Part shown: positions 29,409 to 38,496 of the stretch, piece by piece
Layout: the number at the start of each line of letters is the position of its first letter
How positions within the stretch are numbered: the stretch's first letter is position 1
DNA from: an uncultured Actinomycetes bacterium
GTDB lineage: Bacteria > Actinomycetota > UBA4738 > HRBIN12
DNA: 64,000 nucleotides
Reading direction: 5' to 3'
Assembly: GCA_963704725.1 (NCBI GenBank)
Contig: OY969934.1
Coordinates: forward strand, 2,176,001-2,240,000
Position numbers and translations under genes: made by a program
The notes under the pieces: generated by a model
Databases searched by the model: none
Seen by the model: only the letters and a program-made list of their open reading frames with translations
Told to the model about the DNA's origin: nothing

Positions 29409-30389
29409 TCAGCCGGCGGGCCGCTCCCGCCGGGAGGCCAGGGTGGCGCCGGCGATGACGAGCGCCACGCCCACGATGGAGGACGGATGCAGCGCCTCGT
29501 CCCGGAACACCACCCCCAGGACCATCGCCACGACCGGGATCAGGTAGGTGGCGAACGACGCCCGTGACGACCCGACCCGTGAGACCAGACGGCCCATGAG
29601 GACGAAGGCGAAGCCGGTTCCCACCATCCCGAGCGCCGAGACCGCCAGCAGCGACCTCCACGCGAAACCCGATCCGGCGAGGCCGACGAGTCCCAGCGGA
29701 GCCGTCCACAGGGACGCCAGCGCGAGCATCCGCGCCATCACCGGCAGTGATCCGTACCGCTGTGTCAGCGGGGTCGCGATGTTGATGGCCAGCCCGTAGC
29801 AGACCGTCGCCGCCAGGACCAGCCCGACGCCGAGCGCCTCGCTCGAACCCTCTCCGGCCGACGGGACCGCGATGGTGGCGACGCCGGCGAAGCCGACGAT
29901 CAGCCCCAGGGCCTGGGTCCGACCCGGGAGCCGCCGCAGCATGAGCGAGCCGATCGTCACCGCGAAGATGGGCAGGGCACCGTTCAGCAGGCCGGTCAGG
30001 CCCGAGGAGATCGATTGTTCGGCGATCGGGAAGAGCGTGAAGGGGATCGCGACCCACAGGGCAGACAGGGCAACGAGGCGTGCGGCGTCCTCCCGCCGCA
30101 CCCGCCTCCGGCTCGCCGGCACGAGCCACAGCACCCCGGCGCCGAACAGGATCCGCAGCCAGGTGACGAGGCCCGGCTCGAACGCGTCCAGCCCGATCGC
30201 GATGAGCAGGAACGACGATCCCCAGATCCCTCCGATCGACAGGAAGATCGCCCAATCGAGCCGGGTGAACGAGCCGAGGTGGGTCCCCGCGCTCGTCGTG
30301 AGCAGCCGGCGTGTGCCGGCGGTCTCGTCCGCCGCGAGCTCTCGACGTCCCGTGATCCCCTCACCCCCAGGCCCGACTCGACCGCACAA
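29409..30389 (-). CDS. DMT/EamA family transporter
   Basis: 'IWGSSFL', about 10 TMs, 'TYLIPVVA'; true start probably ~20-30 codons downstream of 30389. Confidence 0.85.
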   Translation of the reverse strand: MCGRVGPGGEGITGRRELAADETAGTRRLLTTSAGTHLGSFTRLDWAIFLSIGGIWGSSFLLIAIGLDAFEPGLVTWLRILFGAGVLWLVPASRRRVRREDAARLVALSALWVAIPFTLFPIAEQSISSGLTGLLNGALPIFAVTIGSLMLRRLPGRTQALGLIVGFAGVATIAVPSAGEGSSEALGVGLVLAATVCYGLAINIATPLTQRYGSLPVMARMLALASLWTAPLGLVGLAGSGFAWRSLLAVSALGMVGTGFAFVLMGRLVSRVGSSRASFATYLIPVVAMVLGVVFRDEALHPSSIVGVALVIAGATLASRRERPAG

Positions 30390-30419
30390 CGATCGATCCC
30401 CGGCGTTCGTGAGACGGGC

Positions 30420-32048
30420 TCAGCCCGACTCGCGCGATCGCTCCTCGCCGGCCTCGACGACGAGCTCGGGTGCGGATCCGGGCTCGATCGACCCGAACTC
30501 CGTGAGCAGCTCGTCGCCCACCTCCATCGCCCCGACGTGCGCCGTCTCTCGCAGCTCCTTCTCGGGCAGGAGCCACGTGACCAGGAAGGCCGCGATCGCC
30601 AGGGGCACCGCGGCCAGGAAGACCACGTGGATCGATCGCGCCAGCGCGAGGAGGACCGACTCGCGGATCGGAGGAGGAAGCGCGCGGATCGCCTGCGGGC
30701 TGCCCTGCAGCTGATCGGCGTTCACGGGCCCCGTGCCGCCGGGGAGCAGCCGCGCCAGGTTGAACGCGAGCCGGTTGTTGAAGATCGCCCCGTAGATGGC
30801 CACGCCGAAGGCGCCGCCCATGGAGCGGGTGAAGGTCTCGGTCGCGGTGGCCGTGCCGAGGTCGCTGTGCGGCACGCTGTTCTGCACGGCAAGCACCATG
30901 ACCTGGATGATCATGCCCATGCCGAGGCCGAGCACCACCATGTACAGGGACGAGGTGACCCGTGACGTCCCGACCCCCATGGTGGACATGAGGTACATCC
31001 CCACGGCGATCGTGGCCGTGCCGACGATCGGGAACCGCTTGTAGCGGCCCGTCCTCGTGATCATGCGCCCGGAGGCGATCGAGGAGAACATCAGCCCCGC
31101 CATGAGCGGCAGGATCAGCAGCCCGGAGTTCTCGGCGCTCGCGCCGCCGACGGTCTGCAGGTACAGGGGGAGGAAGATGATGGCGCCGAACATGGCGAAC
31201 CCGACGAGGAACTCCAGGCCGCTCGCCACCGAGAACACCGGATCCCGCCACAGGCGGAGCGGGATCACCGGCTCGGCGGCGCGCCCCTCCTGCAGGACGA
31301 ACAGGACGAGAAGCACCACGCCGGCGATCGCCAAGCCCACGATCGTCGGCGAGCCCCACGGGTACTGGGTGCCACCCCACACGGTGACGAGCAGGAGACA
31401 GGTGGCGCTCCCCATCACGAGGGCCGCCCCCAGGTAGTCGATCGCGTGCTGGACGCGGCGGAAGTTCACGTTCAGCGCGGAGGACGTGACCACGAGCGCG
31501 AGCGCACCGACGGGAACGTTCACGTAGAAGACCCATCGCCAGGTGAGATGGTCGACGAACCACCCGCCGAGCAGTGGCCCGACCACGCTCGCGAACGCGA
31601 ACACCGCGCCGAGGTATCCCTGGTACTTGCCGCGCTCGCGCGGTGAGACGACGTCGCCGATGATGGCCTGCGCCATCGAGATCAGACCCCCGCCCCCCAC
31701 GCCCTGCAGCGCACGGAACAGGACGAGCTCGAGCATGTTCTCCGACAGCCCGGCGAGGGCGGAGCCGGCGACGAAGATGACGATGGCGGCCTGGAACACG
31801 ATCTTGCGGCCGAGCAGGTCGCTCACCTTGCCGTACAGAGGCACCGAGACCGTCGACGTCAACAGGTACGCGGTGACCACCCACGACAGGTGGTTGAGCC
31901 CGCCGAGGTCGCCGACGATCGTCGGGAGGGCGGTGGCCACGATGGTCTGGTCGAGCGCCGCGACGAGCAGCCCGGCCATAAGGCCGCTGAACACGATGAG
32001 GATCTCTCGATGCGAGAGCGCGCTGCCGCCCGACGTCGTGTCGCTCAC
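30420..32048 (-). CDS. MFS DHA2 (EmrB/QacA) drug-efflux transporter
   Basis: 'ALDQTIVATALP', 'YGKVSDLLGRK', 'FRALQGVGGG', 'WRWVFYVNVP'. Confidence 0.93.
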   Translation of the reverse strand: MSDTTSGGSALSHREILIVFSGLMAGLLVAALDQTIVATALPTIVGDLGGLNHLSWVVTAYLLTSTVSVPLYGKVSDLLGRKIVFQAAIVIFVAGSALAGLSENMLELVLFRALQGVGGGGLISMAQAIIGDVVSPRERGKYQGYLGAVFAFASVVGPLLGGWFVDHLTWRWVFYVNVPVGALALVVTSSALNVNFRRVQHAIDYLGAALVMGSATCLLLVTVWGGTQYPWGSPTIVGLAIAGVVLLVLFVLQEGRAAEPVIPLRLWRDPVFSVASGLEFLVGFAMFGAIIFLPLYLQTVGGASAENSGLLILPLMAGLMFSSIASGRMITRTGRYKRFPIVGTATIAVGMYLMSTMGVGTSRVTSSLYMVVLGLGMGMIIQVMVLAVQNSVPHSDLGTATATETFTRSMGGAFGVAIYGAIFNNRLAFNLARLLPGGTGPVNADQLQGSPQAIRALPPPIRESVLLALARSIHVVFLAAVPLAIAAFLVTWLLPEKELRETAHVGAMEVGDELLTEFGSIEPGSAPELVVEAGEERSRESG

Positions 32049-32378
32049 GGTCCCGATCCCTCCTCACCGCGGACCCGTCGAGACTCTCACGACCGGGTCG
32101 AGCGTGACATGCTACGGTCGTCTCGACGCGTTCCGAGTGGCTTCCCGGCGGGTCGATCTTCTCGACCCGGCCCGGCGACACGGTGAACGTAGCCGCCGAA
32201 CAGAGACCTCCCTGGTGGGCGATCGGGAGCGGCGAAGGCGATGGCGCGAGGAGGCGACCCTCCGAAGCCGCATCGTGGAATCGGCTCGGGAACGATGATC
32301 CCCCACGTCCGGATCCGTCTCCATGGCTATCGCAGCATCGTGGCGGGCCCGTCCGGCGCGGCGGAGGAGGGAGGCAGC

Positions 32379-32771
32379 ATGAGTTCCTGGCCGAATGGGA
32401 TCGATGCCATCACGTTGTTCGTCGGGGATCTGGTTGCGGCGAAGGACTTCTACCAGAGGGTGTTCGGCCTGCCGGTGTTCTTCGAAGACGACGACTCGGC
32501 GGTCTTCAACTTCGGGAACACCGTCGTGAACCTGCTGAAAGAGGCGGCGGCGACCGAGCTGATCGAAACCCGCAGTCGTGGCACCTCACGACGCGGGATC
32601 CCGGCTCCAGTTCACGATCGAGGTGGACGACGTGGACGTGATGTGCGAGCGCCTGGCCTCGCACGGCGTGCGGTTGCTGAATGGCCCGATGGATCGCCCT
32701 TGGGGGTTTGCACCGCCAGCTTCATGGACCCGGGCGGTCACATCTGGGAGATCGCGCACCGACTGACCTGA
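32379..32771 (+). pseudogene. VOC/glyoxalase-family gene with two compensating frameshifts
   Basis: N- and C-termini in one frame; conserved middle ('FTIEVDDVD...LLNGPMDRPWG') in the +1 frame; shifts at about 32565-32568 and 32702-32706. Confidence 0.75.
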
Positions 32772-32814
32772 TTCCACCCGACGAGCCATTCCGGCTCTGA
32801 CCTGCGGTTTCTCT

Positions 32815-32889
32815 TGGTGGGCGCTAGAGGATTTGAACCTCTGGCCTCTTCCGCGTCAAGGAAGCGCTCTACCCCTGAGCTAAGCGCCC
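32815..32889 (-). tRNA. tRNA-Val(GAC)
   Basis: GGGCGCT...AGCGCCC-A-CCA cloverleaf; anticodon arm CTTCC-TTGACGC-GGAAG; GGTTCAAATCC T arm. Confidence 0.95.
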
Positions 32890-32915
32890 GCAGCCCGGCA
32901 TGGTACCGGGTCTCG

Positions 32916-32986
32916 AGGCGGGGACCGGAATTGAACCGGTGTACAGGGTTTTGCAGACCCTTGCCTAACCACTCGGCCACCCCGCC
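32916..32986 (-). tRNA. tRNA-Cys(GCA), CCA not encoded
   Basis: GGCGGGG...CCCCGCC-T; anticodon arm AGGGT-CTGCAAA-ACCCT; GGTTCAATTCC; upstream TAGACT -10 at 33014-33019. Confidence 0.95.
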
Positions 32987-33057
32987 GGTGAGCCCGTTGT
33001 CGGGCCGGCGGACAGTCTACTTGCAGATGCGACACGGGCCGGTCCTCGAAGGCCCGG

Positions 33058-33807
33058 TCAGTGGGCCCCGACGAGCGTCCTCCACGCGTCCAGCCGGTCG
33101 CCGGCCACGGTCACGAGCCGGCGCTTCTTGAGGTTCTCGCGCATGATCCACCGGACGTCCGGGTCCTCCGAGCGCATCCAGGGATCGAGCCGGGCGCTCC
33201 CCTCCTCCGGCAGCGACGCCACCGCGACGCTCCAGCAGTAGCCGAGGGCCTGCCGAAGGACGCGGACGTCGTCGGCTCGCCGATCGGGCGCCTTGGTCAC
33301 GGATCGCGTGATCCGGTCGAGGAGGTCGAGCACCCGACGGACGGCGCGCGGGTCCCCGAGCAGGTCGGGCTCGCACACGCCGGCGACCACGGCCCGCCGC
33401 TCGAGCGGGCTCCCGGAGCTCCATCGCCGCATCTCGACGAGCATGGCCGGCAGGTCCGCCCTCCCCCACCGCTGCAGCCCCATCGCCACGGCCTCGCGGA
33501 CGCGCCACCGGGGGTCCTCGGCGAATGCTCGGATCTCGAGGACGAGGTCCGTCCGGCCGTCCGCCACGAGCCGTCCGAACCCCACCACGCCGCACACGGC
33601 CAGGAACCCGTCCGGGGTGTTCTCGGGGGCCCGGTCCGGCCCCCACGCGACGAGCCGACGGAACAGCCGCTCGTCGCCCTCGTCCGCGACGGCCTGCACC
33701 AGCTCGAGGTTGCCTCGCGGACCCGGCAGGTTGGAGTGCTTTCGGATGAACGCCTCGGGGTCCTTCGACTTGCGGAACGCGAGCCGGAGCCCTTCGACCT
33801 TGTTCAT
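33058..33807 (-). CDS. HEAT-repeat protein (possibly AlkD-like DNA alkylation repair family)
   Basis: 'SNLPGPRGNLEL', HEAT motifs 'DPRWRVREAVAMGL', 'DPDVRWIMRENLKK'. Confidence 0.7.
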   Translation of the reverse strand: MNKVEGLRLAFRKSKDPEAFIRKHSNLPGPRGNLELVQAVADEGDERLFRRLVAWGPDRAPENTPDGFLAVCGVVGFGRLVADGRTDLVLEIRAFAEDPRWRVREAVAMGLQRWGRADLPAMLVEMRRWSSGSPLERRAVVAGVCEPDLLGDPRAVRRVLDLLDRITRSVTKAPDRRADDVRVLRQALGYCWSVAVASLPEEGSARLDPWMRSEDPDVRWIMRENLKKRRLVTVAGDRLDAWRTLVGAH

Positions 33808-33849
33808 GCGGGCTTGATCGTAGACGCAGCCGCGCCGGACGGCCGCCGC

Positions 33850-34938
33850 TCAGGACGGCAGGATCACCTCTCCCGTGGCCCGGTCGATCGCCACCTCGAC
33901 GGGGGGAAGGGGGCTCGGCGCGGGCCCACCGACCACCCGGGCGCCGTCCGTGGGATCGAACTCGGCGCCGTGGCACGGGCAGTACAGGAGCTCGGCCGAG
34001 CGGTCGTAGCCGACCAGGCAGCCGGCATGGGTGCAGGTGCGGCTGTAGGCCACGACCTGGTTCTGGCCGATCCGGATGAGCGCCGCGGGGCCGACGCCGG
34101 GCGCATCGAATCCGACGGCGTCGCCCACGGAGAGCTGGTCGAGGGAGGCGATGGGTGTCCCGCTCCCGGACGCACTCGTGCCCGTCGAACCCGTGGAACC
34201 GGTGGTCCCCCTCGCGCCGGTCGTCCCCGTGGCGCCGCCCCCGCCCTCGGTCGTCCCGGTCGTGCCGAGGGCGCGACGGGTGGCCGGGGAGGCGGGTCCG
34301 GCGATGGCGGTCGCGAGCGCCGCGGCCGCGAGCGTCCCCCCGGCCAGGGCGCCGCCACGCAGGAGCTGGCGGCGCGTGATCTGGCCGGGCGGGGCAGGAC
34401 GGTTCTTCCGGCCGACCGCGACCGCCGCTCGCCGGCGCCGCTCGATCTCGAGGAGCCCGACGAGGTAGGCGAGCCAGCCCACTGCGTACATCGAGTCCGA
34501 GCCCAGGAAGTACGGGTGGACGTGCCACGTCGCCGAGAGCGTGAGCGAGAGGTTCACCAGGAACCCGCCGGCGGCGGCGAGCGTCGGCGCCACGCCGGCC
34601 AGCGTGCCCAGTCCGATGGCCGCCTCGGTCAGCGCGATCCCCACCCCCACCAGGACCGGGGCGTGGTCCAGCATCCGAAGGATCGGCGCGATCGGGCTGC
34701 CCTGCTCGAACGATCGCAGCTGGTGGCCGATGTAGTCGAGCGACCCGGCGTGCAGGAAGTTCGGGTCGGCGAGCTTCTGCAAGCCGGCGTAGAGGAACGT
34801 GACGCCGAGGAAGGCGCGGAGGACCCGCATCGACCAGGGCTGGGCGCGCCAGCTCTCCCGGATCCGCCCCGTCGGGGCGGACCGGTGTCCTGGAGGCGAC
34901 GGCATGGACGACGCGCCGCGCCGGGTCGTGGCTCCCAT
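33850..34938 (-). CDS. DoxX/DoxD-like membrane domain fused to a Rieske [2Fe-2S] domain
   Basis: 'LRAFLGVTFLYAGLQKLADP' (DoxX/DoxD); Rieske boxes CTHAGC and CPCHGAEF; Gly/Thr linker. Confidence 0.85.
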   Translation of the reverse strand: MGATTRRGASSMPSPPGHRSAPTGRIRESWRAQPWSMRVLRAFLGVTFLYAGLQKLADPNFLHAGSLDYIGHQLRSFEQGSPIAPILRMLDHAPVLVGVGIALTEAAIGLGTLAGVAPTLAAAGGFLVNLSLTLSATWHVHPYFLGSDSMYAVGWLAYLVGLLEIERRRRAAVAVGRKNRPAPPGQITRRQLLRGGALAGGTLAAAALATAIAGPASPATRRALGTTGTTEGGGGATGTTGARGTTGSTGSTGTSASGSGTPIASLDQLSVGDAVGFDAPGVGPAALIRIGQNQVVAYSRTCTHAGCLVGYDRSAELLYCPCHGAEFDPTDGARVVGGPAPSPLPPVEVAIDRATGEVILPS

Positions 34939-35020
34939 CGCCGGGACTATCCCTGCGCCGTCTTCGAGACCGGTTGGAGAAACCTGGGAAGACGGTGAGA
35001 GTCCGGGAGTCGGTCGACGG

Positions 35021-35779
35021 CTAGCCCAGGCCTCGGACCGCCCAGGCCCGAGCGGACACCGAGAAGGGGGGCGCCGGAAGCCTCTCGCGACAGCGCTCGC
35101 GCAGCCGGGCCACCGCCTGCGGTTCGAGACTCGCCACGTGATCCCCGGCGGGCCCCACGCCGAGGGTGAACGGCTCCCACCAGTCCTCGAAGGTCGGATG
35201 CTCGACGGTCACCACCAGCGTGTCCCCCTCGATCTCCCGCAGTTCGGCGGCCTCGAAGAGCTCCTCGAGATGCCCACGGCGGACCCCCGCGAGGTGCGAC
35301 TCGTCCTCGACCCCCGGGTCGAGCTCGCGCGCCGCCTCCCAGAACGGCCCGAGCGCGCCCCGATCGCCCGCCAGGTCCCACACGCATGCCGACACGACAC
35401 CGCCCTCGCGGGTGACGCGTGCCATCTCCCGAAGCCCGGCGACCGGATCCGCCATGAAGTGCACGACGAGCTGCGCCATGACGACATCGAAGGCCCCGTC
35501 CTCGAACGGGAGCCGCTCCGCCGCGGCGCGTCGCACGGCCACCTCCGGGTGGCGCTCCAGCACGGCCGACACGAACGACGCGGAGGGGTCGACGGCCGTG
35601 ACCGCGGCCGGTCCGAGGCGCCTAACCAGCTCGCTCGTCAGCGCCCCGGGGCCGGAGCCGACGTCGAGGACGCCCTGGCCGGAGGCGACCCCCGCGAAGT
35701 CGGCGAACGAAGCGGCGAGCGGGACCGAGTACCGGCCCATGAACCGGTCGTACTCGTCGGCGTCAACGGCGAAGGTCAC
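35021..35779 (-). CDS. Class I SAM-dependent methyltransferase
   Basis: 'YDRFMGRYS', motif I 'VLDVGSGPG', 'AERLPFEDGAFD'. Confidence 0.88.
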   Translation of the reverse strand: MTFAVDADEYDRFMGRYSVPLAASFADFAGVASGQGVLDVGSGPGALTSELVRRLGPAAVTAVDPSASFVSAVLERHPEVAVRRAAAERLPFEDGAFDVVMAQLVVHFMADPVAGLREMARVTREGGVVSACVWDLAGDRGALGPFWEAARELDPGVEDESHLAGVRRGHLEELFEAAELREIEGDTLVVTVEHPTFEDWWEPFTLGVGPAGDHVASLEPQAVARLRERCRERLPAPPFSVSARAWAVRGLG

Positions 35780-35788
35780 GGGCGGAAT

Positions 35789-36583
35789 CTACGCGCTCCG
35801 CGGATCCCGGTTGTACAGCTTCAGCGCCCACCGGTACCCCACGAACCCGATGAGCGCGCACCAGGCGACGGCGAGCGGGGCGCTGCCGCCGATCGGGGTT
35901 CCCATGAGCAGCCCTCGCAGCGTCTCCATGACGGGCGTGAACGGCTGGTATTCGGCGAACCACCGGAGCCCGACGGGCATGGAGTCGGTGGGGACGAAGC
36001 CGCTGCCGAGGAACGGCAGGAGCATCAACGGCATCGGGAGGTTGCTCGCGCTCTCCACGCTCTTGCCAAACAGACCGAGCGCGACCGAGAGCCACGTGAT
36101 CGCCAAGGTGGCCATCAGGAGCACGCCCGCCGCCGCGACCCACTCGATGATGCCGGCGTCGGGCCGGAAGCCGATCGCGAGGGCGACGACGACGACGACG
36201 ACCAGCCCGAGCATCGTCTGGATCGTGCTGGAGAAGACATGGCCGGCCAGCACCGAGGCCCGAGCGATCCCCATCGTCCGGAATCGGGCGATGATGCCCT
36301 CGGTCATGTCCATCGACACCGCGATCGCCGTCCCTTGCGCCACGCCCGCTACCCCCATCAGGACGATCCCGGGGGTCACGTAGTCGACGTACGCGCCGCC
36401 GTCGCCGGACCCGGCGCCGAGCCCCGCGCCGAGCGTCCGGCCGAACACGTAGACGAACATCAGCAGCAGGATGACGGGGAGCCCGACGACCAGCAGCGTC
36501 ACGGACGGGTAGCGCATCGCGTGACGGAGATTGCGCCGAAGCATCGTGGCAGAGTCCCGGATCGCGTAGGCGTGTGTGCTCAT
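35789..36583 (-). CDS. ABC-2 type permease (DrrB-like)
   Basis: 'YVDYVTPGI', 'DMTEGIIARFRTM', 'FVPTDSMP...WFAEYQP'. Confidence 0.9.
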   Translation of the reverse strand: MSTHAYAIRDSATMLRRNLRHAMRYPSVTLLVVGLPVILLLMFVYVFGRTLGAGLGAGSGDGGAYVDYVTPGIVLMGVAGVAQGTAIAVSMDMTEGIIARFRTMGIARASVLAGHVFSSTIQTMLGLVVVVVVALAIGFRPDAGIIEWVAAAGVLLMATLAITWLSVALGLFGKSVESASNLPMPLMLLPFLGSGFVPTDSMPVGLRWFAEYQPFTPVMETLRGLLMGTPIGGSAPLAVAWCALIGFVGYRWALKLYNRDPRSA

Positions 36584-37542
36584 CACCGTGCGTCCCCTTC
36601 CATCTCGGCGTGGCCGGTGAGCGCGAGGAAGACGTCGTCGAGATCCGGCGTGTGGAGCGTGAGCCGTTCGACCTCCACCGACGCCTCGGCCACCCGGTCG
36701 AGCAGGGCGCGCAGCGAGCCCACTCCGCCGTCGCTGGGGATCTGCAGCGCGAGCGCGTCGTCGTCGCGGAGCGACCCGGGGAGGACGCGCGCTGCCGCGT
36801 CGAGCGCGCGCAGATCCCGGAACTGCAGACGGACGTGGCCACCCGGAACCATTCGCTTCAGCTCGTCGGGCGTGCCCTCCGCGATCAGCCGCCCGTGGTC
36901 GAGTACGGCGACGCGGTCGGCGAGGTGGTCCGCCTCCTCCAGGTAGTGCGTCGTGAGGAAGATCGTGACCCCGCTCGCCACGAGGTCGCGGATCGTCCCC
37001 CAGACGGTACGCCGGCTGCGAGGGTCCAGGCCCGTCGTGGGCTCGTCGAGGAACATGATCCGAGGGTCCCCCACCAGCGTCATGGCGATGTCGAGCCGCC
37101 GCCGCATGCCGCCCGAGTACGTGACCACGGGCTTCCCGGCCGCCTCGACCAGCTCGAATCGCTCGAGGAGCTCGGCGGCGAGCCGTCTGCCCTCGGTCCG
37201 ATCGAGGTGGCACAGATCGACCATGAGCAGCAGGTTCTCCTCGCCGGTGAGCAGCCCATCCACCGCGACGGACTGCCCAGTGACGCCGATCACCTTGCGC
37301 ACGGCATCGGCCTCGCCCGCAAGATCGTGGCCCGCGACGCGAACCCGACCGGCGTCGGCGCGGATCATCGTGGACAGGATCTGGACGGTCGTCGTCTTGC
37401 CCGCGCCGTTGGGTCCGAGCAACGCGAAGATCGAGCCTGCGTCGACACTCAGGTCGATGCCGTCCAGCGCCACGGTGTCGCCGAACGACTTGCGCAGGCC
37501 GGACGCCTCGAGCGCCCGCGGGACTGTGGTGGTCGTGGTCAT
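36583..37542 (-). CDS. ABC ATP-binding protein (DrrA-like)
   Basis: GPNGAGKTT, YSGGMRRRLD, 'FLDEPTTGLDP', 'TTHYLEEAD'. Confidence 0.92.
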   Translation of the reverse strand: MTTTTTVPRALEASGLRKSFGDTVALDGIDLSVDAGSIFALLGPNGAGKTTTVQILSTMIRADAGRVRVAGHDLAGEADAVRKVIGVTGQSVAVDGLLTGEENLLLMVDLCHLDRTEGRRLAAELLERFELVEAAGKPVVTYSGGMRRRLDIAMTLVGDPRIMFLDEPTTGLDPRSRRTVWGTIRDLVASGVTIFLTTHYLEEADHLADRVAVLDHGRLIAEGTPDELKRMVPGGHVRLQFRDLRALDAAARVLPGSLRDDDALALQIPSDGGVGSLRALLDRVAEASVEVERLTLHTPDLDDVFLALTGHAEMEGDAR

Positions 37543-38423
37543 CCCTCGTCCTTTCCCTTTCCGGCGTGGCTCGCGAAGGAGCGGTGGATCGTGATGTCGC
37601 CCAGGGAGGTGCGCGCGTGGACCTCGACCGCCTCCTGGGTGGGTTCGGGACGCTCGGAGTCCTCGAGATCGCTCTGGACGTTGCCGAACTTCGTGTCGAG
37701 ATCCAGCCAGGCCGCGGCGCCGTCTCGGACACCGACCTCGATCGCGCCGAGCGCGCTCTGCGCGACGACCGCGCCTCGTGCGACCTCGCCGAGGCGGACT
37801 CGGCCGTTGGCGGTCTTCGCGGCGACCGATGCGTGCGCTAGGTCGACGGAGATCGTGCCGTTGGCCGCGTTCACGCGCACGTCCCCCGTGACCTCGCCGA
37901 TCCAGGTGTCGCCGTTGGAGTTCTTGACGACCGCGGGACCCTCGATGCGGCCGATCGCCACGGCTCCGGAACCTGCGGTGACCTCGCCCTTGCCGACGAT
38001 CTCATCCACCGTGACGTCGCCGAATCCTGTCTTGAGTTCCACCGGACCCGCGCGGTCGAGCTGGATGTCGCCGCCGCCGGACCGGTATCGGCATTCACCG
38101 ATGCGACCGCTGCAGCGCAAGGCCGCCAGGCCCGACTCACCCGACACCCGCGATCCCGTGGGCAGGTCGATCCGCACGTCGATCGACTCGCCGCCCCCCC
38201 ACGGGGTCCACTGCCGCCACCCCTTCGGCGCCTTGACCAGCAACCTCCCGCTCACGTACTCGACGCGGGTCTGCTCGGCGGCCGACACGTCGCCCTTCTT
38301 GGCGGGATCGCTCGGGCGCACCTCCACGACCGTGTCGACGCGGTCGCTCGCCGCGATCTGGATGTCGCCGACGCCGAGCTCCAAGGTGATGGAGATGGGG
38401 TCGGGGGTGTCGAAGGTCGGCAT
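37539..38423 (-). CDS. DUF4097 family beta-strand repeat protein
   Basis: 'MPTFDTPDPI' start; repeated 'xTxxGDIx' beta-solenoid motifs; RBS AGGAGG. Confidence 0.82.
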   Translation of the reverse strand: MPTFDTPDPISITLELGVGDIQIAASDRVDTVVEVRPSDPAKKGDVSAAEQTRVEYVSGRLLVKAPKGWRQWTPWGGGESIDVRIDLPTGSRVSGESGLAALRCSGRIGECRYRSGGGDIQLDRAGPVELKTGFGDVTVDEIVGKGEVTAGSGAVAIGRIEGPAVVKNSNGDTWIGEVTGDVRVNAANGTISVDLAHASVAAKTANGRVRLGEVARGAVVAQSALGAIEVGVRDGAAAWLDLDTKFGNVQSDLEDSERPEPTQEAVEVHARTSLGDITIHRSFASHAGKGKDEG

Positions 38424-38496
38424 GACACTTCCTCCTGGGGATCGGCGGGTCGTCTCACCGTCCGGCGTCGAGCGAGGCATCGGCTGGTTCCCGGAT

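Noticed and set aside
32050-32378. ~330-bp gap between the MFS and VOC genes as an ncRNA or small gene
   Set aside because: No recognisable riboswitch, stable structure or convincing ORF by eye; an Rfam scan would be needed.
34170-34270. Short tandem repeats
   Set aside because: They encode the Gly/Thr/Ser linker of the DoxX-Rieske protein.
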